NCBI GenBank assembly: GCA_950097015.1
Contig: CATNEN010000003.1
Coordinates: 1,240,001 to 1,304,000, forward strand
Reading direction: 5' to 3'
Length of the DNA stretch: 64,000 nt
Source of the DNA: Macrostomum hystrix
Lineage: Eukaryota > Animalia > Platyhelminthes
Shown: piece after piece, positions 52,066-63,796 of the stretch
Layout: each line of letters starts with the position of its first letter
Position numbering within the stretch: position 1 is the first letter of the stretch
Position numbers and translations under genes: made by a program
Notes under the pieces: model-generated
Seen by the model: only the letters and a program-made list of their open reading frames with translations
Database searches by the model: none
Told to the model about the DNA's origin: nothing

Positions 52066-52614
52066 ATCTCCAGGGTCAAGTTGCATTGTACAGGTGTTCG
52101 CAAGTTCGTGTGACGCCAACACTGACTAAGGGCTATAAAAAGCCGTATACTAAGCCAAAGCAATGCCTAGTTGTCGTGCAGCCTATTGAGACGTGCTCAA
52201 AACTGAGTACTGTGAGTTCCATTAGTGTCTAGAATCAGAATTAGTATAGTTTGCACAGCTCGCTATAACAGCAATACTGGTTGTTACCTGATGCGGCTTG
52301 TTGAGGCCACACAATGAGCACGCAATCTCACATTGATTAATGAGTTTTGAGTTTGAAACAACTGCCTATACCCACAGAATTTAAGTAGCCAAATAGACTC
52401 TTAGAAGTTTGGACATTGTAACACTAACCATAAGACAATGGGAATAAGCGCTGTTCAATAGAGCTGAAGGACTTACTCTGCGTGCCAACTAAATATGTAT
52501 ATTAGTGATATGCCAATAGTGTTAGGCATAATCTAATAACTTTCTTAAGCAATTAAATATGCAGGCCAACTAGTAGCTAACTAGTATATTGTAGAGACTA
52601 TATCTGAGTAGGAA

Positions 52615-54300
52615 AATGGGATAAAATACGGAATCCCAGTAGTATTAGGGGCAAAATACGGAATCCAGTTGTATTAGGGATAAAATACGGAATCCCAGTT
52701 GTATTAGGGGCAAAATACGGAATCCCAGTTGTATTAGGGATAAAATACGGAATCCCAGTTGAATTAGGCAGAAAATACAGAACTCCAGTTGTATTAGGGA
52801 TAAAATACGGAATCCCAGTAGTATTAGGGATAAAATACGGAATCCCAGTAGTATTAGGGATAAAATACGGAATCCCAGTTGTATTAGGGATAAAATACGG
52901 AATCCCAGTTGTATTAGGGATAAAATACGGAATCCTAGTTGTATTAGGCAGAAAATACGGAATCCCAGTAGTATTAGGGATAAAATACGGAATCCCAGTA
53001 GTATTAGGGATAAAATACGGAATCCCAGTTGTATTAGGGATAAAATACGGAATCCCAGTAGTATTAGGGATAAAATACGGAATCCCAGTAGTATTAGGGA
53101 TAAAATACGGAATCCCAGTAGTATTAGGGATAAAATACGGAATCCAAGTTGTATTAGGGATAAAATACGGAATCCCAGTTGTATTAGGGATAAAATACGG
53201 AATCCCAGTTGTATTAGGGATAAAATACGGAATCCCAGTTGAATTAGGCAGAAAATACGGAATCCCAGTAGTATTAGGGATAAAATACGGAATCCCAGTA
53301 GTATTAGGGATAAAATACGGAATCCCAGTAGTATTAGGGATAAAATACGGAATCCCAGTTGAATTAGGCAGAAAATACAGAATTCCAGTTGTATTAGGCA
53401 GAAAATACGGAATCCCAGTTGTATTAGGGATAAAATACGGAATCCTAGTTGTATTAGGCAGAAAATACGGAATCCCAGTAGTATTAGGGTTAAAATACGG
53501 AATCCCAGTAGTATTAGGGGCAAAATACGGAATCCCAGTTGTATTAGGGATAAAATACGGAATCCCAGTTGTATTACGGGCAAAATACGGAATCCCAGTT
53601 GTATTAGGGATAAAATACAGAATCCTAGTTGTATTAGGGATAAAATACGGAATCCCAGTTGTATTAGGGATAAAATACGGAATCCTAGTTGTATTAGGCA
53701 GAAAATACGGAATCCCAGTTGTATTAGGGATAAAATACGGAATCCCAGTTGTATTAGGGATAAAATACGGAATCCCAGTTGTATTAGGGATAAAATACGG
53801 AATCCTAGTTGTATTAGGCAGAAAATACGGAATCCTAGTTGTATTAGGCAGAAAATACGGAATCCCAGTAGTATTAGGGATAAAATACGGAATCCCAGTA
53901 GTATTAGGGATAAAATACGGAATCCCAGTAGTATTAGGGATAAAATACGGAATCCCAGTTGTATTAGGGATAAAATACGGAATCCTAGTTGTATTAGGGA
54001 TAAAATACGGAATCCCAGTTGTATTAGGGATAAAATACGGAATCCCAGTTGTATTAGGGATAAAATACGGAATCCCAGTTGTATTAGGAATAAAATACGG
54101 AATCCCAGTAGTATTAGGGATAAAATACGGAATCCCAGTTGTATTAGGAATAAAATACGGAATCCCAGTTGTATTAGGCAGAAAATACAAAATCCCAGTT
54201 GTATTAGGAATAAAATACGGAATCCCAGTTGAATTAGGCAGAAAATACAGAATCCTAATTGTATTACGCAGAAAATACAGAATCCTAGTACCATAAGCGA
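52615..54300. repeat. 30-bp minisatellite containing TTAGGG
   Basis: gtattagggataaaatacggaatcccagtt, ~55 copies. Confidence 0.97.
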
Positions 54301-55058
54301 TAAAATAAGGAGTCCTAGAAGGATTTTAGGTTAAAGGACAAAATTCAATTTTGAAGTGTATTAAAGAAATATTTTTTACGAGATGGTAAACTAAATCTAG
54401 AAAGAAATGAGTAGCTCTTGAACATACAAAACTATGCGGTTTTAAACTTGCAACAACCTCTGCTCCCTAGGAGTTTGCTAATCAGCTTGCTGAATTTCCA
54501 AATAAATTTATTGACTAACAACAGACAGGAGATTTGAATTGTTTAGGTGAAAACCAACAAAAACCAAAGGTATTAGCTAATAAGTAACCAATTTCTAGGG
54601 CCGTGATTCTGACGCGTTTTGTTATCTATTTACAAAATTATTTTAATTTAACAAAATGACGCGCCTTATACTACTAGAAGTAAAGTAAAAAGAAGAATGG
54701 GAATTGTGTTTTAAACTACTTACAATTATTTTTAACTGAAAAAATGACAAAGCAGGACAAAAAATGTATAATAAGAGTTATTAGAATGCGTTTAGCAACA
54801 TAAATACACGATGTAGCACAAGTAGTAGCACAAGTAGTAAGTAGCACAACACGAAACTAAATAAAGTCAAGCGTACACAAGCTAGCAGATGGCATTTTAA
54901 GGAGTGAGTTTTCAATCCCAGCTGACACTGTCATGAGTGAGTTGTCAATCCCAGCTGACACTGCCATGAGTGGGTTGTCCAACTTGATAAAAGGGTTGTA
55001 CATCGCAGCTAAAAGCAACGCAAACAATTAGTCTATGGCCAAACTCGCGGACGCAGGC

Positions 55059-58000
55059 TCAGCGTGCCGTAGTTGAAGTGCTCAGCAAGTTGAGTTTCTT
55101 GGCAGCCTGAGGCGACAACTCCATGCCAATATGATGAGTGGTTGCCTGTCTCTTGCCTAACAGTTTGGTGGCGTGCTGCAGGATGGCGGCGTTAATCGCC
55201 TGCACATCCTTGTCCGAGGAGGTGAGGAAATTGTAGCCGATCCTCTTAGACGAAGGAATGCCGGAGGTGAGCAGTAAGTTGCTAGAAGTGCCGGAGCGGA
55301 TGATGAGGTGAGCCTCAGCCTCCTCGTCAGTGAGCAGTCGGCAGCCAAGCACCTGCCTGATGTGTTCGCCTTCCTCAGTGGTAAACACTGCATTGTAGAA
55401 CTGGATGATGTCGCCGACATTGCCCCGATTGTCAAGCGGCACAGTGCGGAACAGAGTGTCCGTGGTTTGACCGCCGGCGCCTACCGTGCAGGAGAAGCCG
55501 CCGAAACTGCTGACCCGACGATGCGCGGCGAGGATCATTGAGAACTTTAACGGACAGGGCGGGCTGGGCTGGGCGGCCCGGGCCGAGGCGAACAGGGCGC
55601 AGGTGATCACGTGATCCAAGTGGCGATTGCGCAACAGGCCGGGATTGTCGCGCAGAACCCGGCCGATGATGAGGTTGGCGCGTTGCTTAGCAACCGGATT
55701 TAGCAGGTGCAGCTCGGAGGCCAGTAGGCTGAGGCGAGCATTGCAAAGGCGATGCAAATGACGATAGAAGGCCTGAGAATGAGACATTGGTTCGACTAGC
55801 TTGCACTTGTGCTTTCCAAGAATTCAGGAAGCAATCTAAGAAAGGACTCTAAGGAAAGCAGTACCTGCAAGCACCTGTAGCATCTAGGAAGCAGTCTCTG
55901 AAAGCAACTGTAGCATCTAGGAAGCAGTCCCTGAAAGCACCTGAAGAATCTAGGAAGCAGTCCCTGAAAGCACCTGAAGAATCTAGGAAGCAGTCCCTGA
56001 AAGCACCTGAAGAATCTTGGAAAGCAGTCCCTGAAAGCACCTGAAGAATCTAGGAAAGCAGTCACTGAAAGCACCTGAAGAATCTAGTAAAGCAGTCTCT
56101 GAAAGCAACTGTAGCATCTAGGAAGCAGTCCCTGAAAGCACCTGAAGAATCTAGGAAGCAGTCCCTGAAAGCACCTGAAGAATCTTGGAAAGCAGTCCCT
56201 GAAAGCACCTGAAGAATCTAGTAAAGCAGTCACTGAAAGCACCTGAAGAATCTAGGAAAGCAGTCTCTGAAAGCAACTGTAGCATCTAGGAAGCAGTCCC
56301 TGAAAGCACCTGAAGAATCTAGGAAGCAGTCCCTGAAAGCACCTGAAGAATCTTGGAAAGCAGTCCCTGAAAGCACCTGAAGAATCTAGGAAAGCAGTCC
56401 CTGAAAGCACCTGAAGAATCTAGGAAGCAGTCCCTGAAAAAAACAGCCTCAAAAGAAACCAAGCATTAGTGGTTAAATAGTCAATCTGACAGACCTGCAA
56501 AGCGCCTAATCCCTTGGCCATCTTAGGTGAAGCGGCAGTTCCGGGGCCCTGAAGTGGTCGCTGACACTCCACAGCGGAGTAGCCACGGCCGCGATTCTGC
56601 TGCACCAGCTTCCAAAGCGGACTGCTGGCGGTCCAGGCCAGCGAGTCGACAACTCGATCAACGCACAGTCGCAGGTGGCGAACAATGTCCCTAGGAAAGT
56701 CCACGGCTTCTACTAGACTCTCAACGATCTACAAGGAAAGATAATAATAGAATATCAAGCACAGCCTTGAGAGTTCGCAACTTGCCGATATGTATCGAAA
56801 TATTTTTAGGCGTGGAAAGGTAGAGAATCTGCAAAAAGATGTTCAGTCCATGGACTGAGAAGCACCCATTCTATCCATTTAAGCTAATTACTCAGTGGAT
56901 TAACGCTACTGAGAATTAACAGTTCTGACCTGAGGACACAATTTATATGTCATCGAGTGAGGAATCGAACTCCCGACCTCTTAGTTAGGAGTTCGAAGCT
57001 CTAATCATTGACCAAAAACCTCCCTATAAGTACCGGCATGTAGCCATAACTTATAACTTAAAGCTAGAATTTGCTAATAGAAAATGTATGTATGCACCGA
57101 TATGTATAGAAAAATATAACACCCGGGAACACGCACCTTAAACAGGTGGAAAGCCGGCGTCCCGGCAGCTTCCAGACACCAAACTAGCGAGCTGGTGCAG
57201 CCGAAGCTGTATAGTACAACCTGGGCGCAAGCGGCAAACAGACAGGCTAGTAGGGTTCGATTCCCCAGCATAGCCGACAGTCTAATACCCAGCTGATCTT
57301 CGTCGGGCACTTTGTCAGCTTCGCAGGTGAGCACAGCGTCCAGGGCCATGTAGAACAGGGTCTCGCTTAGATTAGCCCGACGTTGCATCTCGTTACGATT
57401 GACGTCGGCTTCGGTTACGGCCAGATCGTAGGCCGATAGGAAACTGCTGCGCAACTGAGCGACCTGGGGACATTGTGAAATTATCAAATTATTCAGATTT
57501 TTGTATGACTAGGGAAGACTTGGAGTTCTGCCCGTTGGTACTAAACAAACAGCCGATACCTGAGCCCGGATATCGTCCCAAGGAGCGGTGCCGGAGCAGT
57601 ACTGTCGCATCTTAGACAGCGTAGCCTCGCCGAACTCTCGCCTTCGGCCAGCCAGCAGGGCCTGAAGCCTGGCAACTCCCTGAGCCTGCACAGTTGGCGT
57701 CAAATAATCGCCTTTGTAGCCTTGCAACAATAGCTTGTCCGAATTGGCGAATTGTTGCACAATCTCAGCATCCTCGGTTGCTAGGCGGAGCTGGGCGCTA
57801 GCTAGGACTCGCTGCAGCCGCGGATTTAATCGGCTGGCTTCGTCGTCAAGCAGGAGGCGGCAATCGCCGCGAACTGGAGCTCCAACCTAGAATATAATGT
57901 AATTTACGAACTTTTAAGATGACGAGGCATTTTAAAATGCAAATAGAGGCATAGTTGCTCATGTTGTTGACCCAAAAAGGCATTGATGTAGTTGTAAACG

Positions 58001-61000
58001 TATTTTATGTTCCCACAGGGTTTACTTAAATACGAGCTGTAAGCCCCCCCATACTTTTAAGCTGCACCAATTAACGGGTTTAGTGTGGCGTGTTGCCCTG
58101 TGCAGGCTTAGTGAATTCTAATGTACTCGGCTAAATATTAATTTGCACGGCCTCATGCTATTAATAGCACACCGGAAAACCCCTTCACGTGATGCGTCTC
58201 AGTTATTGCGTGGAATTTCTAAAGGGTTTGTTCAGCTGTTTAACAACAGGGCAAACACTGAAGCAATCAGGAATTTTAATTGTCTCTCTCAAGGACATAA
58301 ATAATTTCCTTATGGGCTAAGATTCGAACTCGCGATCTCCGGGTCAAAATTCTGATGCTTTAGTCATTAGATTCCAGGCTAAACTTGCAGGAGTCCAGAC
58401 AGAAGCGTAACAAAGCTCACCTCTTTCTCGGCAGTATCAGACAGCAGAATCTTTTCGTCTAGATCCCCATCGGACAGGACAAACATTTCGTAGGTGCTGT
58501 TCAAATGCAGTGCAGAATGATCAAAGTCGGACGGTTCCAAGCTCAGGTAGAAGTTGTTAACGCCAGTGAGAATTTTCTCCTCGAATAGGCGCTCCAGGCT
58601 AGCCCGAAAATAATTTGCCTGAACCACTTTGGCGTTGACAGACGAAGCATTGGCTAGCTCGCACAGGTCCTCCAGAATGCTCAGACTGGAGCGATCTCGC
58701 GGCGTAAATTGTGGATTTAGCAAATCTGGGCGACTGTTCTTGTCAGATAGGCAGACCATGTACAGCCAGTCTATGGTCACAAGTAGCAGCAGGTGACAGT
58801 TCACGAGGTCATCCGCTATTGTGGGGTAGAATGCCTTCACCTGTCAAATTTGTGATTAAAAATGGGATTATACTCGTATATTTGATAAGGAACTTTTACA
58901 CCAATTCTACGTCTGTCTACCTGAAACTTTCAGTCATCTACCTGAATATTTCAGTTATTTACCTGAATCCTTCAGCCATCTACCTGAATCTTTCAGCCAT
59001 CTACCTGAATCTTTCAGCCATCTACCTAAATATTTCAGTTATTTACCTGAACTAAAAGTTATCTACCTGAATCTTTCAGTTATCTACCTGAATCTTTCAG
59101 TTATCTACCTAAATATTTCAGTTATTTACCTGAACTAAAAGTTATCTACCTGAATCTTTCAGTTATCTACCTGAATCTTTCAGTTATCTACCTGAATTCT
59201 TTAAGCCATCTACATGAATCTTTCAGTTATTTACCTGAATCTTTCAGTCATCTACCTAAATCCTTCAGTCATCTACCTAAATCCTTCAGTCATCTACCTA
59301 AATATTTCAGTCATCTACCTGAATTCTTCAAGCCATCTACCTAAATCCTTCAGCCATTGTCCTGAATCTTTGCGCCGTCTACCTGAAGTAGATATTCAAC
59401 AATCTTGAATCCTAGCAAAGCTTGACAAACCTGCAGAAACAGAGTCCAGGTGATGCTGAATAGGTCCTGACTGCCAACCTGTCTAGCGGTGGTCGCGGCG
59501 TTGCCCTTCAGTCGCATGGAAGCCTTATTGGCAGCGGATTTTCCAATCGTCGACGCGTCGGCACCGGTTGCCATGGCAACAACGTCAGACACATCTGTGC
59601 GAAATATCTTAGGAAACAGCACCGTCATCTTTCTAAAACAGATGGCTGTGATGCTAAATTGTCGCTCTAGCATCATCATGCGACATTTAAAATCCTGCGG
59701 CATGTCAACCATGTTGACCCACTGGCGCATCCGGTGAAAGAATTGCATCAGTGTGACACCGGAGAGCTTTAATAGGCGAGACAATGACAGCATTCCAGAG
59801 CTGATGTCGCTTAGGTGAGCGGTGGCTGCATCCGCGTGGCCGCGCTGTTTTACACAGTCAAATAGTGAGCACACTAGCCACTGCATTGGCTCGCCATCCA
59901 GAGAATAGTTGGACCAGACAGCTATGTTTGATAGGTTTAAAAGCAGAGACTATAGTATGTACTGTCTTTCAAATAAAGGGATTAACAATTTTACAGATAA
60001 AAAAACTAAAAAATGGTTGAGGCTGAGGTGTGGAATAGATGTTCAAAAATAACATTCCTTCCTATCCTTATTCTGTTAAACCAAAAGTTTTTAGGCCTTT
60101 GATTGTGGATAAAATACTGTGGCATTAATTTGTACGTAAAGTATGTTAAAAAAATTGTTGCCTTGAATGGTATTTTAAATATGTTTTAAATTGTATTAAA
60201 CACACACAATTCATTCCCCATGTTTCCCTTAGTTTGGTGTTTCAGATTCCATAATTTTGGCATGCCCATGCTGGTATATCAATGTAGCTATAGTAAGCTC
60301 TTTTTAAATATCAGTGTACCTGGGTGTAGATTTTTTAAGCCCAATTCTACTAACAGTGTAAACTAATGATGAAATGTACTGGGACTATGAAACAACTCAA
60401 TCTGCACTGCCTAAACTGAATTAAAGCATAAGGGCTTTAATAGCAGTTGATTTTAAGCAGAAAAATATTTTTGAATATGGGATATTCAGATATAGGAAGG
60501 GAACTAAAACAGAAAAATAAAATTACTATGCAAAAAAATCATAGGTTTTTTTCATTCTAAGAATAGAAAATATTAAAAACAGTGAGGGTAAAAAAACTAA
60601 GAGAGTGGAAAAGAAGAAAATCTGAGAGTTAAATAGAAAAAGAATAAAATCTGAATAAAAAAAGAAAAAATCTGTGTAGAGTAGAAAAAAGATAGCAGAG
60701 TAGAAGAGAAATAAAACCTAGAAAAGACTGGGATGCAAAAACTCAACCAAATTAATTTTTGAAAATTCAGGTTGTAATTAAATCAATAAAACAAAGTTGT
60801 AAAAAAGAGAAAACTAAATTGCATTTAGTATTTCCCTCCTATAAGAAACACAAATATTACTTAATCTTGTAACTAAAGTTTTCTTTCCTGTGCAAACTTG
60901 TTTTCACTTACCTCCTCTTATGAAACTTTGTTTCCCCACACATCCACATCTGCAACTTAGCTTTACCCTATAACTTCATTTTCAGTCATCTGTGACTTAC

Positions 61001-63421
61001 ATTATTGGAAAAAGTTGACAATCTGCAGACAGTGTCTAGCACACTTCTTGGATTTTTCTAAAGCACATGTGCACACTTTACTTATGAATTTTACTCGTCT
61101 ACTAATAAGGCAAATTGGCAAAACTTTGGATTCCTGTTCTAAATTATTTTGACCCTGTTTTTGAACTTTTTAGACTCCCAAGGCAACAAAAAAGAGTTAT
61201 TGAGGTTACAGAAGTACAAAAGCAGTTCAAGTTCGAACTACACAGGGTAGTAGTGCCTTATCTATAGTAGATACATATTGCCAAATTGCCATTTAGGAAA
61301 AGCTTAAATCAGAAAAACATTTTTTTGGCTACACTTAAATACTTATGGAAAAAAACTAAGAATTATTGACACTAATTCAAAGGAGTTTATAGGCCTATTT
61401 ATGCATTTAAGCCATACATGCGCAACACCCGGCCAGGTGAAACGAGGGCCAAGCAAGGTAAGTAGCAAAAAATCAAAGGGGGGACCAAGGGACAAAAAAG
61501 GAAGGCGTGAAGAAAAGGAAAGAGGGGAGAGAAAAAGAGAGCAAATGAGAGCAAACTAAGTCATAAATAGAGCAAAAACTAAGCTCTAGGGCCGGCTAAG
61601 ATTTGGGAGGTTGCGCATGTATGTGGCCGGCTAAGATTTGGGAGGTTGCACATATATGATTTAAGCTATAATACCCCTGCACTACTTGTGTAGTTGGAAC
61701 TTGGACTGCTTTTGTACTTCTGTAACCTCTATAACTCATTTTAGTTGCCTTGGGAGTCTAAAAAGTTTAAAAATGGGGTCAAAATAATTTAGAGTGGGAA
61801 TCTGAAGGATTGCCAGCAAATCATCTGTTCTATAGTCAATCAATCAAATAAAGAGACTACAACCTACAAGGGGTGTCCCAAAAGTTCCCGGAATGTCCGA
61901 GGTAGCTCTTCAACGGAGTCATGAAATTTCATGCCCATGGTGTCAAATGAAAGGAAATTTTGTCACAAAGAAAACAAAGTTAAAATCATGTTCATATCTT
62001 TTTCTATTCAGGAGCTGCAGCAAGAAACGTGTGCAAAGGTCAGGGGTAATATTACACAAGCTCAAAAAACAGTTCATACCGTTGATGAATCCTTGGGGCA
62101 TTCACCAATTCAAAATTTAAAGCGAATCATTAATCTCAACCTGCGGCTTCTCCACGTAGTCCCCATTCAGCTGGACACACCTCTGCCACCTTGAAAGCAT
62201 GCGGTCAATTGCCTGGGCAAACACAGTTCAAGGCATTTCATGCAGGATGACGCGACCAGTGAAGTCTTCAATTTCACTGCGGTTCTTGAACACCCGGCCA
62301 TGAAGAAGTTTCTTCATTTGTGGAAAGATGCCAAAATCGGCAGGGGCCAAGTCTGGCAAGTAGGGCAGATGAGGCACCAACTCAAAATTCAGCCAGTTGA
62401 TCTGTGCCATCGTCTTTCTAGCAGTGTGTGGCCAAGCATTGGCATGGTGCAAAAAGCGCTTGGTAAGAATTATCTGCACTCAGATAAGCTTTATTAGCAT
62501 TTCTGTTTTTTTCCATAAACACTGCCACGTCTTTCTGACAACTCAGTAGCACTAATTCAAAATGAAAATATCTAAAAATGGAGATGAAAAATCATTGCCA
62601 TAAAGTTTTGAGCTTGTGTAACACTACCCCTGACCTTCGCGCACATTTCTTGCTGCAGCTCCTGAATAGAAAAATATATGAACATGATTCTAACTTTGTT
62701 TTCTTTGCGACAAAATTTCCTTTCATTTGACACCATGGGCATGAAATTTCATGGCTCCGTTGAAGAGCTACCTTGGACATTCCAGGAACTTTTGGGACAC
62801 CCCTCATATGAATAGCTGTTTAAAAATTGGTTTAGTCACAGCAGCTACAAAAAACAACTTGCCTAATAAAAATAAAACAAAAATCTAATTAGGGGTGATT
62901 GACTAACTAAACAACTATCTATAGTATATTTGTAATCTGATGTCAATGAGACAGAGTAGACTTGGTAAAGGCCTATATTCTATAATGTGTTAGCAGAGTA
63001 CAGACAAGCTAAATACAGTGTTAAATACAAAAATAGAATTGCTATAATACATCTCTTTAATTAAAAAATAAATTAGTATTGCATATAAATGCAAATTTTA
63101 AATAGCAGCTTTTAATGTAGGCCCTACAAAATATGTAAGCATAGGCTTTACTGCCTTTAGTTTTGAAAGAGCTACCTCCCTTAGTGATAATGCTAATAGC
63201 TTGGACTCTATTTGATTCATTTTATTTTTACACACAAAAATATGTAGGAGACTAATCAACAAAAACGCTGCTCTTACAATCTTAACTTTTTGTCCTTGTA
63301 AAATAGAATACTTACTTCGATACTTCTCCCAAGCTTCAACTCTCTCAGAGTTTTGAAGGCAAAGTTCATCACAAAGTTCGTTAAAAGTTCGCTCTAACGG
63401 CTCCTCGTCTTCAAAGTCCAT
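55059..63421 (-). CDS. Rb: Retinoblastoma-family pocket protein (~872 aa)
   Basis: Exons 63421-63316, 59921-59431, 58840-58421, 57886-57560, 57463-57137, 56728-56495, 55772-55059. RbN (FNELCDELCL..AWEKY, NYSLDGEPMQWLVCSL, LSLSRLLK, FSITAICFRK, DDLVNCHLLL, GDLDEKIL); pocket A (LFYMALDAVL, LFAACAQVV, FHLFKIVE, SLAWTASSPLW); pocket B (FYRHLHRL, RNRHLDHVITC, GDIIQFYNAVF). Confidence 0.93.
55830..56436. repeat. 33/34-bp minisatellite in the last Rb intron
   Basis: ctgaaagcacctgaagaatctaggaagcagtcc. Confidence 0.95.
56865..57015 (-). mobile_element. Degenerate tRNA-derived SINE (family 2, CORE-like)
   Basis: Minus-strand B box GGAGTTCGATTCC; adjacent actgagaattaacagttctgacctgaggacac resembles CORE-SINE sequence. 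Confidence 0.45.
58240..58376 (-). mobile_element. Degenerate tRNA-derived SINE (family 2, CORE-like)
   Basis: B box GAGTTCGAATC on the minus strand; aaacactgaagca..ttaattgtctctctcaaggacat resembles the CORE domain. Confidence 0.45.
58910..59390. repeat. 21-bp minisatellite, Rb intron 2
   Basis: atctacctgaatctttcagtt. Confidence 0.93.
61117..61814. mobile_element. Non-autonomous foldback/MITE element with ~140-bp terminal inverted repeats
   Basis: 61117-61256 is an imperfect reverse complement of 61676-61814 (e.g. tttttagactcccaaggcaac / gttgccttgggagtctaaaaa). Confidence 0.8.
61413..61658. mobile_element. hAT-like MITE nested in the foldback element
   Basis: TIR catacatgcgcaac / gttgcacatatatg; exact 8-bp TSD atttaagc (61405-61412 and 61659-61666); right terminus tandemly duplicated. 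Confidence 0.8.
61867..62806 (-). mobile_element. Internally deleted mariner with ~200-bp TIRs
   Basis: TIRs 61867-~62068 and ~62606-62806, TA flanks; remnant HHANA..PHLPYLPDLAPAD has D34D spacing (second D mutated to A), a premature stop, then RWQRCVQLNGDYVEK. Confidence 0.93.
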
Positions 63422-63732
63422 ATTTGATTGAAATGTACTTAAATGGAATAAACACTAAATACGTACAGTTGCTATACAGCCTCGGAATTTTCAATAGAAC
63501 TTCTATAATTGTGGCACGGTGAAGAAAATTACAAAATGGCCTTTAACTGTTTTAAACAAATATAAACATAAAAATCTCTTTTCATTCTGTCCAAAAAATG
63601 TTAGCTTGAGTATTTAAATTAAACGGTTTTATTATTGATTTAAAATACAAAATTATCATACAATTTGAACTCGACATTATTTCGGCACAAATCACCCGTG
63701 TTGACAGAGATAGGGTCTAAGAAAGGGTAATC

Positions 63733-63796
63733 GAACATGCGCGACGGTTGTCTAATGGGCAAATCAGAACATGTTATTTGTTCCGAGAACATGTTC
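63733..63796. promoter_or_regulatory. Candidate p53-family response element upstream of Rb
   Basis: RRRCWWGYYY half-sites: GAACATGTTC (63787-63796, perfect), GAACATGTTA (63767-63776, 10-bp spacer), GAACATGCGC (63733-63742). Confidence 0.35.

Noticed and set aside
52598-54294. 530- and 549-aa ORFs (NTTGIPYFIP / LGFRILSLIQ)
   Set aside because: Overlapping frames of a 30-bp repeat with no unique coding flanks.
56940-57015. tRNA gene
   Set aside because: A/B-box-like motifs but no intact cloverleaf; followed by SINE-like body sequence.
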